Virus record (IMG/VR): IMGVR_UViG_3300027816_000056
DNA from: a virus
Length of the DNA stretch: 64,000 bases
Strand: one strand, 5' to 3'
The translations under genes were made by a program, and so were the position numbers. Of the stretch, positions 9,226 through 18,309 are shown piece by piece. The stretch's first letter is position 1. Each line of letters begins with the position of its first letter. The notes under the pieces were generated by a model, which was given only the letters and a program-made list of their open reading frames with translations, was not told the DNA's origin and ran no database searches.

Positions 9226-10806
9226 TTAACGTATCAACCAAGTTAAATCTTGATCTCCGTCACCTGGATTCCAATTCCATCCGTTGTTTTGTTGAGTATT
9301 TTTGCCGGTATATATAACTTCACTTGTTTTTGTAAACTGAGATAAAGCACGTTTATTTAAATCAATTCCTTGTTGACGAAGTTTTAAAGCGGTATCACGT
9401 AACCAAAGTGTAATAGCAAATGACATTACAAGGTCGTCATTATATCCTTGTTGTGCCTGTGCTTTGCCGTTCAACCAAACAAATACTAGTAATTCTTGTA
9501 TAAGACGTTTACTTCGTATTACGGGAGTTCGTTCTCGCATATACATTTCTAATGCTGATATCATTAATGGGCGTGTTCTACTAGTAGTTGATACTCCAGG
9601 AACCATTTGGCTCTTATCTTTCATATCATAGCCTTTTTTCAATTGAACCGATGCATCTGTATATCCGTCATCTTTATATGTATAATGTAGATTTTGATAA
9701 CCTCGATCTAATGCCGGTTGAATTGCAGCCCAACCAATATTAGCATTTTCAATTGCTAGTAAAGCATTATTCCATTCTGTTGCAACCGTTACAAGCATAT
9801 TACCAAAATCATTTGGTGCAATTTTACCTTTATATTCTGCAACTTGTCGTACTGATTCAACATCAAATATTTGAAATGTAGAATAATCTCCCCCATCACC
9901 TCGTGCAACGTCAGCTACTACTGTGTAATCTTTTGCGTAGTCTGGATATTCCCATATCCAATAATTTCCATCAAATCCGCGTCTTTCAATCGGATCTTCT
10001 GTTTTAATGTCATATTCAAGCAACAATGGACCATCTACTACAGTATGACCAGAACTGACGAAGTCACAATCGCATTCTTGTGCCGCACCTCGTTCCCCTA
10101 ATAATTGTGTTTGTTCATCACGCCAGGCCTGGTCTCGTTCTGGATGTACGGTCCAATGCAATTTAATTGTATGAAATCCATTTATTCCAGCTTCCGCATC
10201 TGCCCATGTTTGATGAAACCAATTACCAACACCATTTGGAGTTGATAATACAATTGCACCACCACCCGTTGATAGTGTTGCTTGTGATGCTATCCATATT
10301 TCTTCAATATTACGTATAAATGCTGCCTCATCCACAATTAGCAGTGATAATGCTTCTGAACGTGCACCGGTGGTTGCAGATGATACTGCTTTGATTTGTG
10401 AACCATTTTTAAATTTAAGTGATAATTTATTGTCAGCTTCAACTGTTCCTTTTAACCAACTTGGTAAATTATCGTGCATTACACGTACTTTAGTAACTAA
10501 GTTTTTTGCTACTTCTTGTGTTGTTGCAATAACAAGTACGTTAAAATCTTCTGCAAACAACATGCTCCATAGAGCAAATCCTGCTGAAAGAGTTGATATA
10601 CCCAACTGACGAGACTTGAGAATAACATTGTATCTATTATCTCGTAGTTCTGTTAATGAATCTTCTTGAAATGGAAATAGATTAAATTTAATTTTACCAC
10701 GTTTAGGATGTTGAATGTAACAATAGTTACGCATAAAAAATACAGGATCTTTAGCACATTGCATGTACTGTTGCTGTATTATTTGCTTTATGTTCGGCTG
10801 AGACAT
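9226..10806 (-). CDS. Terminase large subunit (T4 gp17-like)
   Basis: KSRQLGIST, LLIVDEAAFI, STPNG, VADVARG, NDDLVMS. Confidence 0.96.
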   Translation of the reverse strand: MSQPNIKQIIQQQYMQCAKDPVFFMRNYCYIQHPKRGKIKFNLFPFQEDSLTELRDNRYNVILKSRQLGISTLSAGFALWSMLFAEDFNVLVIATTQEVAKNLVTKVRVMHDNLPSWLKGTVEADNKLSLKFKNGSQIKAVSSATTGARSEALSLLIVDEAAFIRNIEEIWIASQATLSTGGGAIVLSTPNGVGNWFHQTWADAEAGINGFHTIKLHWTVHPERDQAWRDEQTQLLGERGAAQECDCDFVSSGHTVVDGPLLLEYDIKTEDPIERRGFDGNYWIWEYPDYAKDYTVVADVARGDGGDYSTFQIFDVESVRQVAEYKGKIAPNDFGNMLVTVATEWNNALLAIENANIGWAAIQPALDRGYQNLHYTYKDDGYTDASVQLKKGYDMKDKSQMVPGVSTTSRTRPLMISALEMYMRERTPVIRSKRLIQELLVFVWLNGKAQAQQGYNDDLVMSFAITLWLRDTALKLRQQGIDLNKRALSQFTKTSEVIYTGKNTQQNNGWNWNPGDGDQDLTWLIR

Positions 10807-10810
10807 AAAT

Positions 10811-11185
10811 TTATTTTGTTAATTCAATAACTAGTTTAGTAGTAAATACGGAAGTTAATATTCCAGCAGTAAACCAAATTGCTTTGTGATCGTACCAACG
10901 TGGTTTTAAATATTTTTCTCGTTCTATATATAAATCTACATTGTTTTTAAGCAAATCTACTTGTTTAGTTCGATATGCCATTTCCAATGAATCTAATCTT
11001 ACTGTAGTTTTCAATTGACCTATTAATTTGTCTTGTCGTTCTATAATTAGTTTATTCAATGAATCTAATTCATATAATGAATCTATTGTAAATGATATAT
11101 CCAAAATTTCATCTGGAGTAAAACATGTATCTGTTTGTGAGTAACTTATAACAGGAAACAACAATATCAATAATAACTTTTTCAT
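10811..11185 (-). CDS. Signal-peptide coiled-coil protein with C-terminal hydrophobic segment (spanin-like partner)
   Basis: N-terminal signal MKKLLLILLFPVISYSQ, coiled coil and C-terminal hydrophobic stretch; overlaps the upstream gene by 4 nt. Confidence 0.5.
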   Translation of the reverse strand: MKKLLLILLFPVISYSQTDTCFTPDEILDISFTIDSLYELDSLNKLIIERQDKLIGQLKTTVRLDSLEMAYRTKQVDLLKNNVDLYIEREKYLKPRWYDHKAIWFTAGILTSVFTTKLVIELTK

Positions 11186-11523
11186 GATTTTTTAGGTTTT
11201 CTACCTCGACGTGTTTTATTTAAAATGTTTTGTTTTGCATTTTCAACCGTACGTTCTTCTGGTTGAATTTCTGTAACTTGTTGTTTTAAATCTTCAATCT
11301 CCGTTTCGGTTTGTTTAATTTTTTCTGCTACTTGTTCACGTTGTTCTTGAATTTGTTCAATACGTCCTTCTGCTTCAGCAATTTGTTCGTTATTGTCTTG
11401 TATTTGATCTTGTAATTTATCTAGTTTCGTTTCTCGTCGTTTACTAGAAAACATTACGAATGCTGCAAAAATAGCACCAATAGCTGCTACTATTAGTAAC
11501 CAATATTTTTTAATAAATTTCAT
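11182..11523 (-). CDS. N-terminal TM plus coiled-coil protein (i-spanin-like)
   Basis: Single N-terminal TM helix followed by a long heptad coiled coil. Confidence 0.5.
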   Translation of the reverse strand: MKFIKKYWLLIVAAIGAIFAAFVMFSSKRRETKLDKLQDQIQDNNEQIAEAEGRIEQIQEQREQVAEKIKQTETEIEDLKQQVTEIQPEERTVENAKQNILNKTRRGRKPKKS

Positions 11524-12172
11524 TATTCATCTCCTTATCTAAATTATTTTCTAAATTATTTAAAAATTTTTCTTTGAATATATCAAATTGTTTTTGAATT
11601 GTAGCATCAAATTCTTCTGGTGTCATTCTTGCTGTCCAATGTTCTTGTTCTCCATCAGAATTAGTTACAAATTTAGAAGCTTGTGTATATGTTTCTTTCA
11701 ATAATGCAACATCACGTTCTGCTTCTGCTAACCAAGCAAGTTTATTTTGTCGAATTTTTTCTCGTTCATATTCTTCAAATTTACCAGCTTTTTTAAGTTC
11801 ATGCTCCATTTCGATTACGCAGTCAAAACACATTCCGTGTAGTTTACGCATTTTTTCATTTAATGGATGTTTTGTTATACATGTACATGTTTCTTTGCGA
11901 CAGTTTGGATATGATCTTAATTCTTCTCGAACTGATTGCAATACATTTGAAGCTTTTGTTTTTCTAATTCTATAACCATCGCGTTGTTCAATAACATACG
12001 TTAATCCAGTAATTGGATCTGTTTCTTCCCAGACGTCTCCAACATCATGTTTAGTATTTTTCTTAGCAACATCTGATGCATCAGAGAATCCTACCGTTTT
12101 TTTAGTTTGAAACTTGTGATTACCTTCCAACATCTGTTGAATGGCTTTGACATTTTGTAACTTTTTAGACAT
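11510..12172 (-). CDS. Hypothetical protein with Cys cluster
   Basis: ORF; CRKETCTC...HGMCFDC. Confidence 0.7.
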   Translation of the reverse strand: MSKKLQNVKAIQQMLEGNHKFQTKKTVGFSDASDVAKKNTKHDVGDVWEETDPITGLTYVIEQRDGYRIRKTKASNVLQSVREELRSYPNCRKETCTCITKHPLNEKMRKLHGMCFDCVIEMEHELKKAGKFEEYEREKIRQNKLAWLAEAERDVALLKETYTQASKFVTNSDGEQEHWTARMTPEEFDATIQKQFDIFKEKFLNNLENNLDKEMNNEIY

Positions 12173-12183
12173 ATGATTTTAAT

Positions 12184-13041
12184 TTAATCGTTGTTATTAG
12201 ATTGTCGTTTAGGTGTTAATAAAGATATTTTTTTATTAGAAAATTTTCTTAATAAACGATAAAAATCTCGTTCTTCACTAGGATCATCTGGATTACTTAA
12301 TACTTTTAAAAATTTACTAAGTTTAGATAATCTTTTAATATTTCCTAATTCCGAGGAACCAAATTCATCTGATTTTAATACTTCTGGTTGTTCTATATCT
12401 GCAGTTGGAGTTGCAGCTGCAGTTGGAGTTGTAGGCGTAGTTGTATCAGTTGGAGGTGTTGCTGCAGCATCAACCGGTGGTGTTGCAGATGCATCTGGAG
12501 TTGCTGTAATATCAGCTGGTGGTGTAGCTGTTGCATCAGTTGGTGGAGTTGCAGTTGCATCAGCTGCAGGAGTTTCTGTTTCTGGAGCTTCTGGTTCTTC
12601 TGTTGGTGTAGTTTCAGGTGTTGGTTGTTCTAATAAAACTTTAACTATTTTTCTACGAACATATTCTCTAACTAAACGTTCTTTTTGTTCGCGAGTTAAA
12701 TTTTCAATTTTATCTTTTATTACGTCCTTTGTTTCTTTTTCTTCTGTATCTTGACGCTTCTTAAGACGTTTTGCTGCGGTTTTAGGATCATAATCACCAG
12801 TCTCTATGTCTTTATATAGACGATCATCATCATTGTATTTAACATACATATCGCCAGTATCAACCATTTCTTTATCACGTTTTCTCAAAACATTGAGTTG
12901 TGCATCTCCAGTAGAACGAGGATTTTGACCTCCTTTTTTATCATCTTCTGTATAATCTTTGATATCTTTACGTGGTTTTGGTTTTTGAGATTTTTCAAAA
13001 TCTTTTGGTGCCTTATACTTGCTTTTATGTTTTTCAGCCAT
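12184..13041 (-). CDS. Hypothetical protein with Pro/Thr/Ala low-complexity linker
   Basis: ORF with late promoter (13063-13070) and AGGA SD. Confidence 0.7.
   Translation of the reverse strand: MAEKHKSKYKAPKDFEKSQKPKPRKDIKDYTEDDKKGGQNPRSTGDAQLNVLRKRDKEMVDTGDMYVKYNDDDRLYKDIETGDYDPKTAAKRLKKRQDTEEKETKDVIKDKIENLTREQKERLVREYVRRKIVKVLLEQPTPETTPTEEPEAPETETPAADATATPPTDATATPPADITATPDASATPPVDAAATPPTDTTTPTTPTAAATPTADIEQPEVLKSDEFGSSELGNIKRLSKLSKFLKVLSNPDDPSEERDFYRLLRKFSNKKISLLTPKRQSNNND
12405..12625 (-). repeat. Imperfect coding tandem repeat (ATATPPxD units)
   Basis: Repeated ADATATPPTDATATPPADITATPDASATPP peptide. Confidence 0.7.
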
Positions 13042-13069
13042 TACAATTTTCCTATTTTTATAATAAATA

Positions 13070-15562
13070 TCATCGAGCGTACTTTAATACTCCTAAAATC
13101 TGATTTACCGGTGCGAATGCGCCTGTCATCTTATATGTATTACCTCGATATGTAAATACTATGCCTTCTGTTGGTACAATTGCATCAAATCCTCCTAATT
13201 TTTGAATTCTTTTAAGTTCTAATTCCAATTTTGCAAGTGTTGCTGGATTTGGCGATATTTGCAATTCTTTAATAAGTTGTGCTAAATCTGTTTTAATATC
13301 TTGCACTGTTTTTGATGGATTTGCTGCTAAAAAGTTTGTAGCATTTTGTAATACTAAAACACCTAATCGTAAAAATATAGATTCAAATGGTTCTAAATTT
13401 TGTTTGCGATATTTTTTAAAATCTGATTTATCAAATTCAGTTACCCAAGCTTGGAATGCATCATTATCAATTTGTTTTTTAAGCATTGCAATGTTTACGG
13501 ATTTATCTTCAAATGCCCAACGATATATCAATGTAGTTAATACTGAATCTGGTATATCATATCCTAATTCTGTAGCTTTTGTTTGTATTACATCACGCCA
13601 CCACGCTTTATGGTAATCACTTAATAAATCTGTATCTTTTAAACTAAATTTATCTCGTAACTGATCAATTTCATTATAAAATGCAGCTTGTTGATCTTCA
13701 AAATCATAAACCTGACCTAATTTAATTTGCTGTGGAGGAATAAATGAAAACGTTTTTTGCATATGTGCATTAGCATCTTGTATAATGTTTTGCATTAATG
13801 CACCACCTGTTAAATCCGTTTCAACAGTATTTCCTCGTTCATCATATTCTACAAGATTATGAAATTGCAAATGTGCTTTATCATATGCAATAACATTTTT
13901 AGTTGCTGGATAAATTATTTCCATGTTAGCAAATACTCGACCATTTTTAAATATTTGTTGCAATTTATCTGCAGGTATTTTATTTAAAGCTTCGGTTAAG
14001 TCTTCAGCACATGCACGATATGCATCTACTATTAATTTATATCCTTCAGCAGCTTCTATACCATTTTTATCGACAGATTCTTGATACTTTCTTTCAAAAT
14101 CTGCAATTAATTGATCCGGGGTCATTGGATTAATGATAGTACCTTTATTACGAGCAAATCCGGGCTGACCATCTTTCCAAGTAACTTGTATGTTTTGTCC
14201 ATCTGTTTTCTCAGTTACAGCTTGTTCTATATCTAAACGTCCAGATAATGCTCTAGATACAATTTCACGTACATCATTAAATGTTAATCCGTGATCATCC
14301 CATGGATGTGCCATATGACCTGCAGCACCTCCTTCTGTTAATACGCCTCCCGTTTTTAAACGAGATTCGATGGTATAAATAATATCTTCTGGATTATTTG
14401 ATTGCCAACGTTTGCGTTGCTTTTTAATTGTTCTAGGAATCAATTCAATCATTTTTTTGCGAGGATTCCATTGTAACATGAACGGCATATGAATTGGAAT
14501 ATCAAATTGATAATCAGATCCAACACCGGTAGGTCGTTCTAAATTCAATTGTCTTGCAATTTTATCGCCATATTCATTAGCTAAGTCTTCAAAAAAGTCT
14601 CGTAACTCATCCGTATAGATCGGAGCTTCGTTTCTGGGATCATTCAATCTATCAATGAAATGTGTAAACTTGCCTTGAAAATCTACATCGATTCCATATT
14701 CTTTAAAAAATCCATCAACTGCAGATTCAATAGCTGATAATTCTTGACGTGTAATGTAGTTTTCTGTTATGATACTTTCTACTAGTTTTGCACCATATAC
14801 AGTTTTGTTAAATGTATCAAAATCATATACAAAATCCTCACCTCGATGGTTATCTAAGAATGCACGTAATTTTTTAATTTTATCTGCATGACGTTTCTTT
14901 TCACGCGGAAACATCATTGATTCTGCAACTTCTTCTACATCTTCCTGCAGTTGTTTTGTCCACCAATTTTTAGTAAATACAGCTTCCTGTACACCTGTTA
15001 ATATTTGCCATGCATTTTTAACTTTAGCATCATCGTATTGTGGATACGCAGTCCTAAACGCAGCATAATCTCCGGTAGCAATAGCATTACGAACATTAGT
15101 AGCTGATATAGGTTCATCATTACTTGTTAATGGATCTACATTGATGTTTAATTCTACAGCATCAACACCGCGCGGTATAGTTCGACCTTTTTTATCTCCT
15201 ATAGTAGCATATTTATCTACATTTGGAATAAAATCTTTTGCTCGAACATAATCATCCCCTTTTGCAGATGCAGCCATTGCATAACGACCGGTAGCATCTT
15301 CCGGCAATGCAAATAAATATTCATACGCAGCCATGATAGGAGAATTAAATTCGGTTGGTTGTATTTCAATTTGTGGATTGTCATTTAATAAATCAAACAT
15401 TTCCATAGTTTTTTCACGCGTAATTCCATCACGTTCTTTAGGACCAATTAGTAATATAACTCGATTAACATCTGGATGCTGTGCATATCGATTTGCTAAA
15501 TCTAAATGTGCCCCTGTTATAGGTTTAAATCCTCCTGGAAAAAGTACTGTTGTTTCGTTCAT
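13070..15562 (-). CDS. Fusion of a cytidylyltransferase-like (HIGH) domain and a C-terminal ATP-dependent ligase-like nucleotidyltransferase domain
   Basis: N-terminal FPGGFKPITGAH...ISATNVR; C-terminal TEKTDG (motif I), NMEII, EGIVF (motif IV), YKMTG (motif V). Confidence 0.7.
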   Translation of the reverse strand: MNETTVLFPGGFKPITGAHLDLANRYAQHPDVNRVILLIGPKERDGITREKTMEMFDLLNDNPQIEIQPTEFNSPIMAAYEYLFALPEDATGRYAMAASAKGDDYVRAKDFIPNVDKYATIGDKKGRTIPRGVDAVELNINVDPLTSNDEPISATNVRNAIATGDYAAFRTAYPQYDDAKVKNAWQILTGVQEAVFTKNWWTKQLQEDVEEVAESMMFPREKKRHADKIKKLRAFLDNHRGEDFVYDFDTFNKTVYGAKLVESIITENYITRQELSAIESAVDGFFKEYGIDVDFQGKFTHFIDRLNDPRNEAPIYTDELRDFFEDLANEYGDKIARQLNLERPTGVGSDYQFDIPIHMPFMLQWNPRKKMIELIPRTIKKQRKRWQSNNPEDIIYTIESRLKTGGVLTEGGAAGHMAHPWDDHGLTFNDVREIVSRALSGRLDIEQAVTEKTDGQNIQVTWKDGQPGFARNKGTIINPMTPDQLIADFERKYQESVDKNGIEAAEGYKLIVDAYRACAEDLTEALNKIPADKLQQIFKNGRVFANMEIIYPATKNVIAYDKAHLQFHNLVEYDERGNTVETDLTGGALMQNIIQDANAHMQKTFSFIPPQQIKLGQVYDFEDQQAAFYNEIDQLRDKFSLKDTDLLSDYHKAWWRDVIQTKATELGYDIPDSVLTTLIYRWAFEDKSVNIAMLKKQIDNDAFQAWVTEFDKSDFKKYRKQNLEPFESIFLRLGVLVLQNATNFLAANPSKTVQDIKTDLAQLIKELQISPNPATLAKLELELKRIQKLGGFDAIVPTEGIVFTYRGNTYKMTGAFAPVNQILGVLKYAR

Positions 15563-15585
15563 TACGTGTTTCTTTTATATAAATA

Positions 15586-18282
15586 TCATATTATTGGATT
15601 CGCAGGAACGGAAATAACAGCTCCTACAGATCTACTAGATCTAAATACGAAGTTTTTTAATTTTAATAAACCAGATGCTCCGGTACTACTTACAGAAATC
15701 ATGGTATGAATTAATACATACATTCCTTGTCGGTTTGAAATATTGTTATTTAAATCTACATATCCTAAGTTTACAGCACCAGAACGTTCACCCGTTATTG
15801 GAACCGTAACAATATTTTGCGTCCCAATTGACCCTGAATTAGTAAAAATTCCATATGAATTTAAACCTACATTAGAGCCAGTAACGGCATTCATTAAAAA
15901 TGTAGTTAAATTAAATGTTTTATTTCCGCCGGAAGAATCAAGTCTATCTGCTTGATATGTAAATGATGTCTGAATTCTTGTTTCTCCTGGTAATATAAAT
16001 GCATGAAAAGCTGGACCAGCAAATATAGATCCAGTAACACCAGATGCCGTTGTTGGCAATGTTGCCATGTCATATGTATATTCAAGTTGATCAAAATATA
16101 AAACTCGACCTACATTCAACCCATCAACAAATTCGCTATTTGAATCAAATAATACATCGCTTCCATTAACTGCAATAAATGATGATGCAGTAACGTCACC
16201 ATTTGCAGTTAAATAAAAACCACTTGATGATATTTCTAAATTACCATTACTACCAGATATATATTGAGAATTTGGATCTCCTAAAAAGAATGTTTCTGTG
16301 TGTACATCTAATTCGGATGGATTAGTTGAATACCTAAAATAGTTATTTGCATCTCCATATAATTCTAATCCAACGCCACTATACGGCACTCCTCCTTTAG
16401 TTCCTAATGATCCACTTAATGCAGATCCACTCCACAATAAAAATCCAGGAAATGCTGCAGTAAATCCTTCATATCCTAATGATCTAACAAATCCTGTATT
16501 TTTATATCCAGATATTGCTACTCCCGATTCTAATGAATCTGCTACATACAAAGAACCGGTAAGCATAGAATAATCGCCATCAATATATCGATTACCACCT
16601 TCCCAATTTTTATTATATACGTAACTTATCTGCCGGCTCTTTTCTCCGTTAACGTTGTAATATTCTGCTTTAAATGTTAATTGATTGTTAGATTTATGTG
16701 CAGTTGGTACTAAAGTTCTTAATCTAGTATAATTTGGAGAATATCCAGGATCATTATCTGTTGTAGTTCTAACATCAGAAACTTGCCAAGCACCTTCTTC
16801 TACAACAAGCAATAAAACACCATCACCTTCACGATCCGTACTAAAATTAAATACTTCATCATCATATCGTTGCGATGTTTGTGATATGTTTAATTCGCCA
16901 ATTCTTTTTCCAAATTTTACCGGAAACTGTTGATTGAAATAATCTGTTGCATCAAAATCAAATGCACTTCCGGACATGTACAATGAAAGTTTTGCCGTGC
17001 TAGACCCAGAAACAGATCCAATTGCATCTAACGTAACTTTGTATTGTGAATCGGCAATAAATATGCCTTTATATGAAGAATTAACGCGAACTACTGTTGC
17101 TGAGTTTTTTGCGGTTATATCTACTGCATTTTGTATCAACATGGAATTGTTAAGAGATTGAGTTGTCCATGTTAATGTTGGTGCTGTTGTAGTTGCACCG
17201 TTGAGATATGAAACTCCTTGCCAATATGTATCAATAGTACTTTGAGTTACAAAAGTTCCTATGCTTACATCTGGAAATAGTGATGCTGTGCTAGGAATAA
17301 ATATTTCTGTTTCTTCTAATTCTACATCATTTAGAAGTTCCCATGTTCCAACGGTACCGTTGTTATTCATAAAAACTTTAACACGAGATACATCACCAGT
17401 AGCAGGTTCTAATCCTTTTATTTGTATGAGAGCAAATGATTCGGAATTTTGTGTAGCTGTATACGTCGGTGTTGCTTCATATGTTAAACTAAATGCAGAT
17501 GCATCAAAATTAGTATATGTATGTTGTGAGATGCTTTGGTTACTATACGCCGTATACTCTGTATCTAACAATGCGATTGTATCTGTTAATATCTTTTTTA
17601 TCGTAGACACATAACTAGTTGTAGAGATAGTAAAATTAGGCGTAGGCGTAGGATTATTTGGTGCTGCGACAGTCAACGTACCCGTTTTCATATCACTTGT
17701 AAATTTTGCACCTATTAATTCAACAGCTGGCTGATTGTTATATGAAAAATATCGTACTGTTCCCGTTGTAAAAGTTGGAAACTGTTGTGAGCCAGAGTAT
17801 GTACGATTTAATTGTACTCCAACTACTTCTGAAATTACTAGTTCAGGTTCTGTCTCAAAAATTATTTCGGATATGTTTGATACATTCGGATTAACTGGTA
17901 CAGATCTCGTCCATTTTACATTAGATTTTCCTTGCCATTCTGCAGGTACATTAAGCGCTTCTGCAGTTAATGTTATCGTGCAATCTCCAGGAGATGTTTC
18001 TTCATAAATGTATATTGCAACAACGCGAGACTTGTCATCATCAATAAAATCTACTATTTCATGATAGATTGGATCACCATTATAATCTAAAACTTCAATA
18101 TTTAAATATCCGCCGGGTCTTAAATTGGTAGGATGACCTCGCAATTTAAAAAGATTTTTTCCAGCAGTTAGACGTGTTGGAAACTCAGTTATTTGAAAGT
18201 ATTCGGGGGATGTTAACGATGTATCTTCAAACCAAACTGGAATAAATTGTAAACCTTTGTATACCGCTTCTTTACGTTTCAT
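15586..18282 (-). CDS. Large beta-rich virion structural (tail/fibre-like) protein
   Basis: 898 aa, S/T/G-rich with SGS/TGS repeats like the tail cluster; late promoter at 18303-18310. Confidence 0.6.
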   Translation of the reverse strand: MKRKEAVYKGLQFIPVWFEDTSLTSPEYFQITEFPTRLTAGKNLFKLRGHPTNLRPGGYLNIEVLDYNGDPIYHEIVDFIDDDKSRVVAIYIYEETSPGDCTITLTAEALNVPAEWQGKSNVKWTRSVPVNPNVSNISEIIFETEPELVISEVVGVQLNRTYSGSQQFPTFTTGTVRYFSYNNQPAVELIGAKFTSDMKTGTLTVAAPNNPTPTPNFTISTTSYVSTIKKILTDTIALLDTEYTAYSNQSISQHTYTNFDASAFSLTYEATPTYTATQNSESFALIQIKGLEPATGDVSRVKVFMNNNGTVGTWELLNDVELEETEIFIPSTASLFPDVSIGTFVTQSTIDTYWQGVSYLNGATTTAPTLTWTTQSLNNSMLIQNAVDITAKNSATVVRVNSSYKGIFIADSQYKVTLDAIGSVSGSSTAKLSLYMSGSAFDFDATDYFNQQFPVKFGKRIGELNISQTSQRYDDEVFNFSTDREGDGVLLLVVEEGAWQVSDVRTTTDNDPGYSPNYTRLRTLVPTAHKSNNQLTFKAEYYNVNGEKSRQISYVYNKNWEGGNRYIDGDYSMLTGSLYVADSLESGVAISGYKNTGFVRSLGYEGFTAAFPGFLLWSGSALSGSLGTKGGVPYSGVGLELYGDANNYFRYSTNPSELDVHTETFFLGDPNSQYISGSNGNLEISSSGFYLTANGDVTASSFIAVNGSDVLFDSNSEFVDGLNVGRVLYFDQLEYTYDMATLPTTASGVTGSIFAGPAFHAFILPGETRIQTSFTYQADRLDSSGGNKTFNLTTFLMNAVTGSNVGLNSYGIFTNSGSIGTQNIVTVPITGERSGAVNLGYVDLNNNISNRQGMYVLIHTMISVSSTGASGLLKLKNFVFRSSRSVGAVISVPANPII

Positions 18283-18309
18283 TCACTGATATTCTTTTAA
18301 ATATAAATA

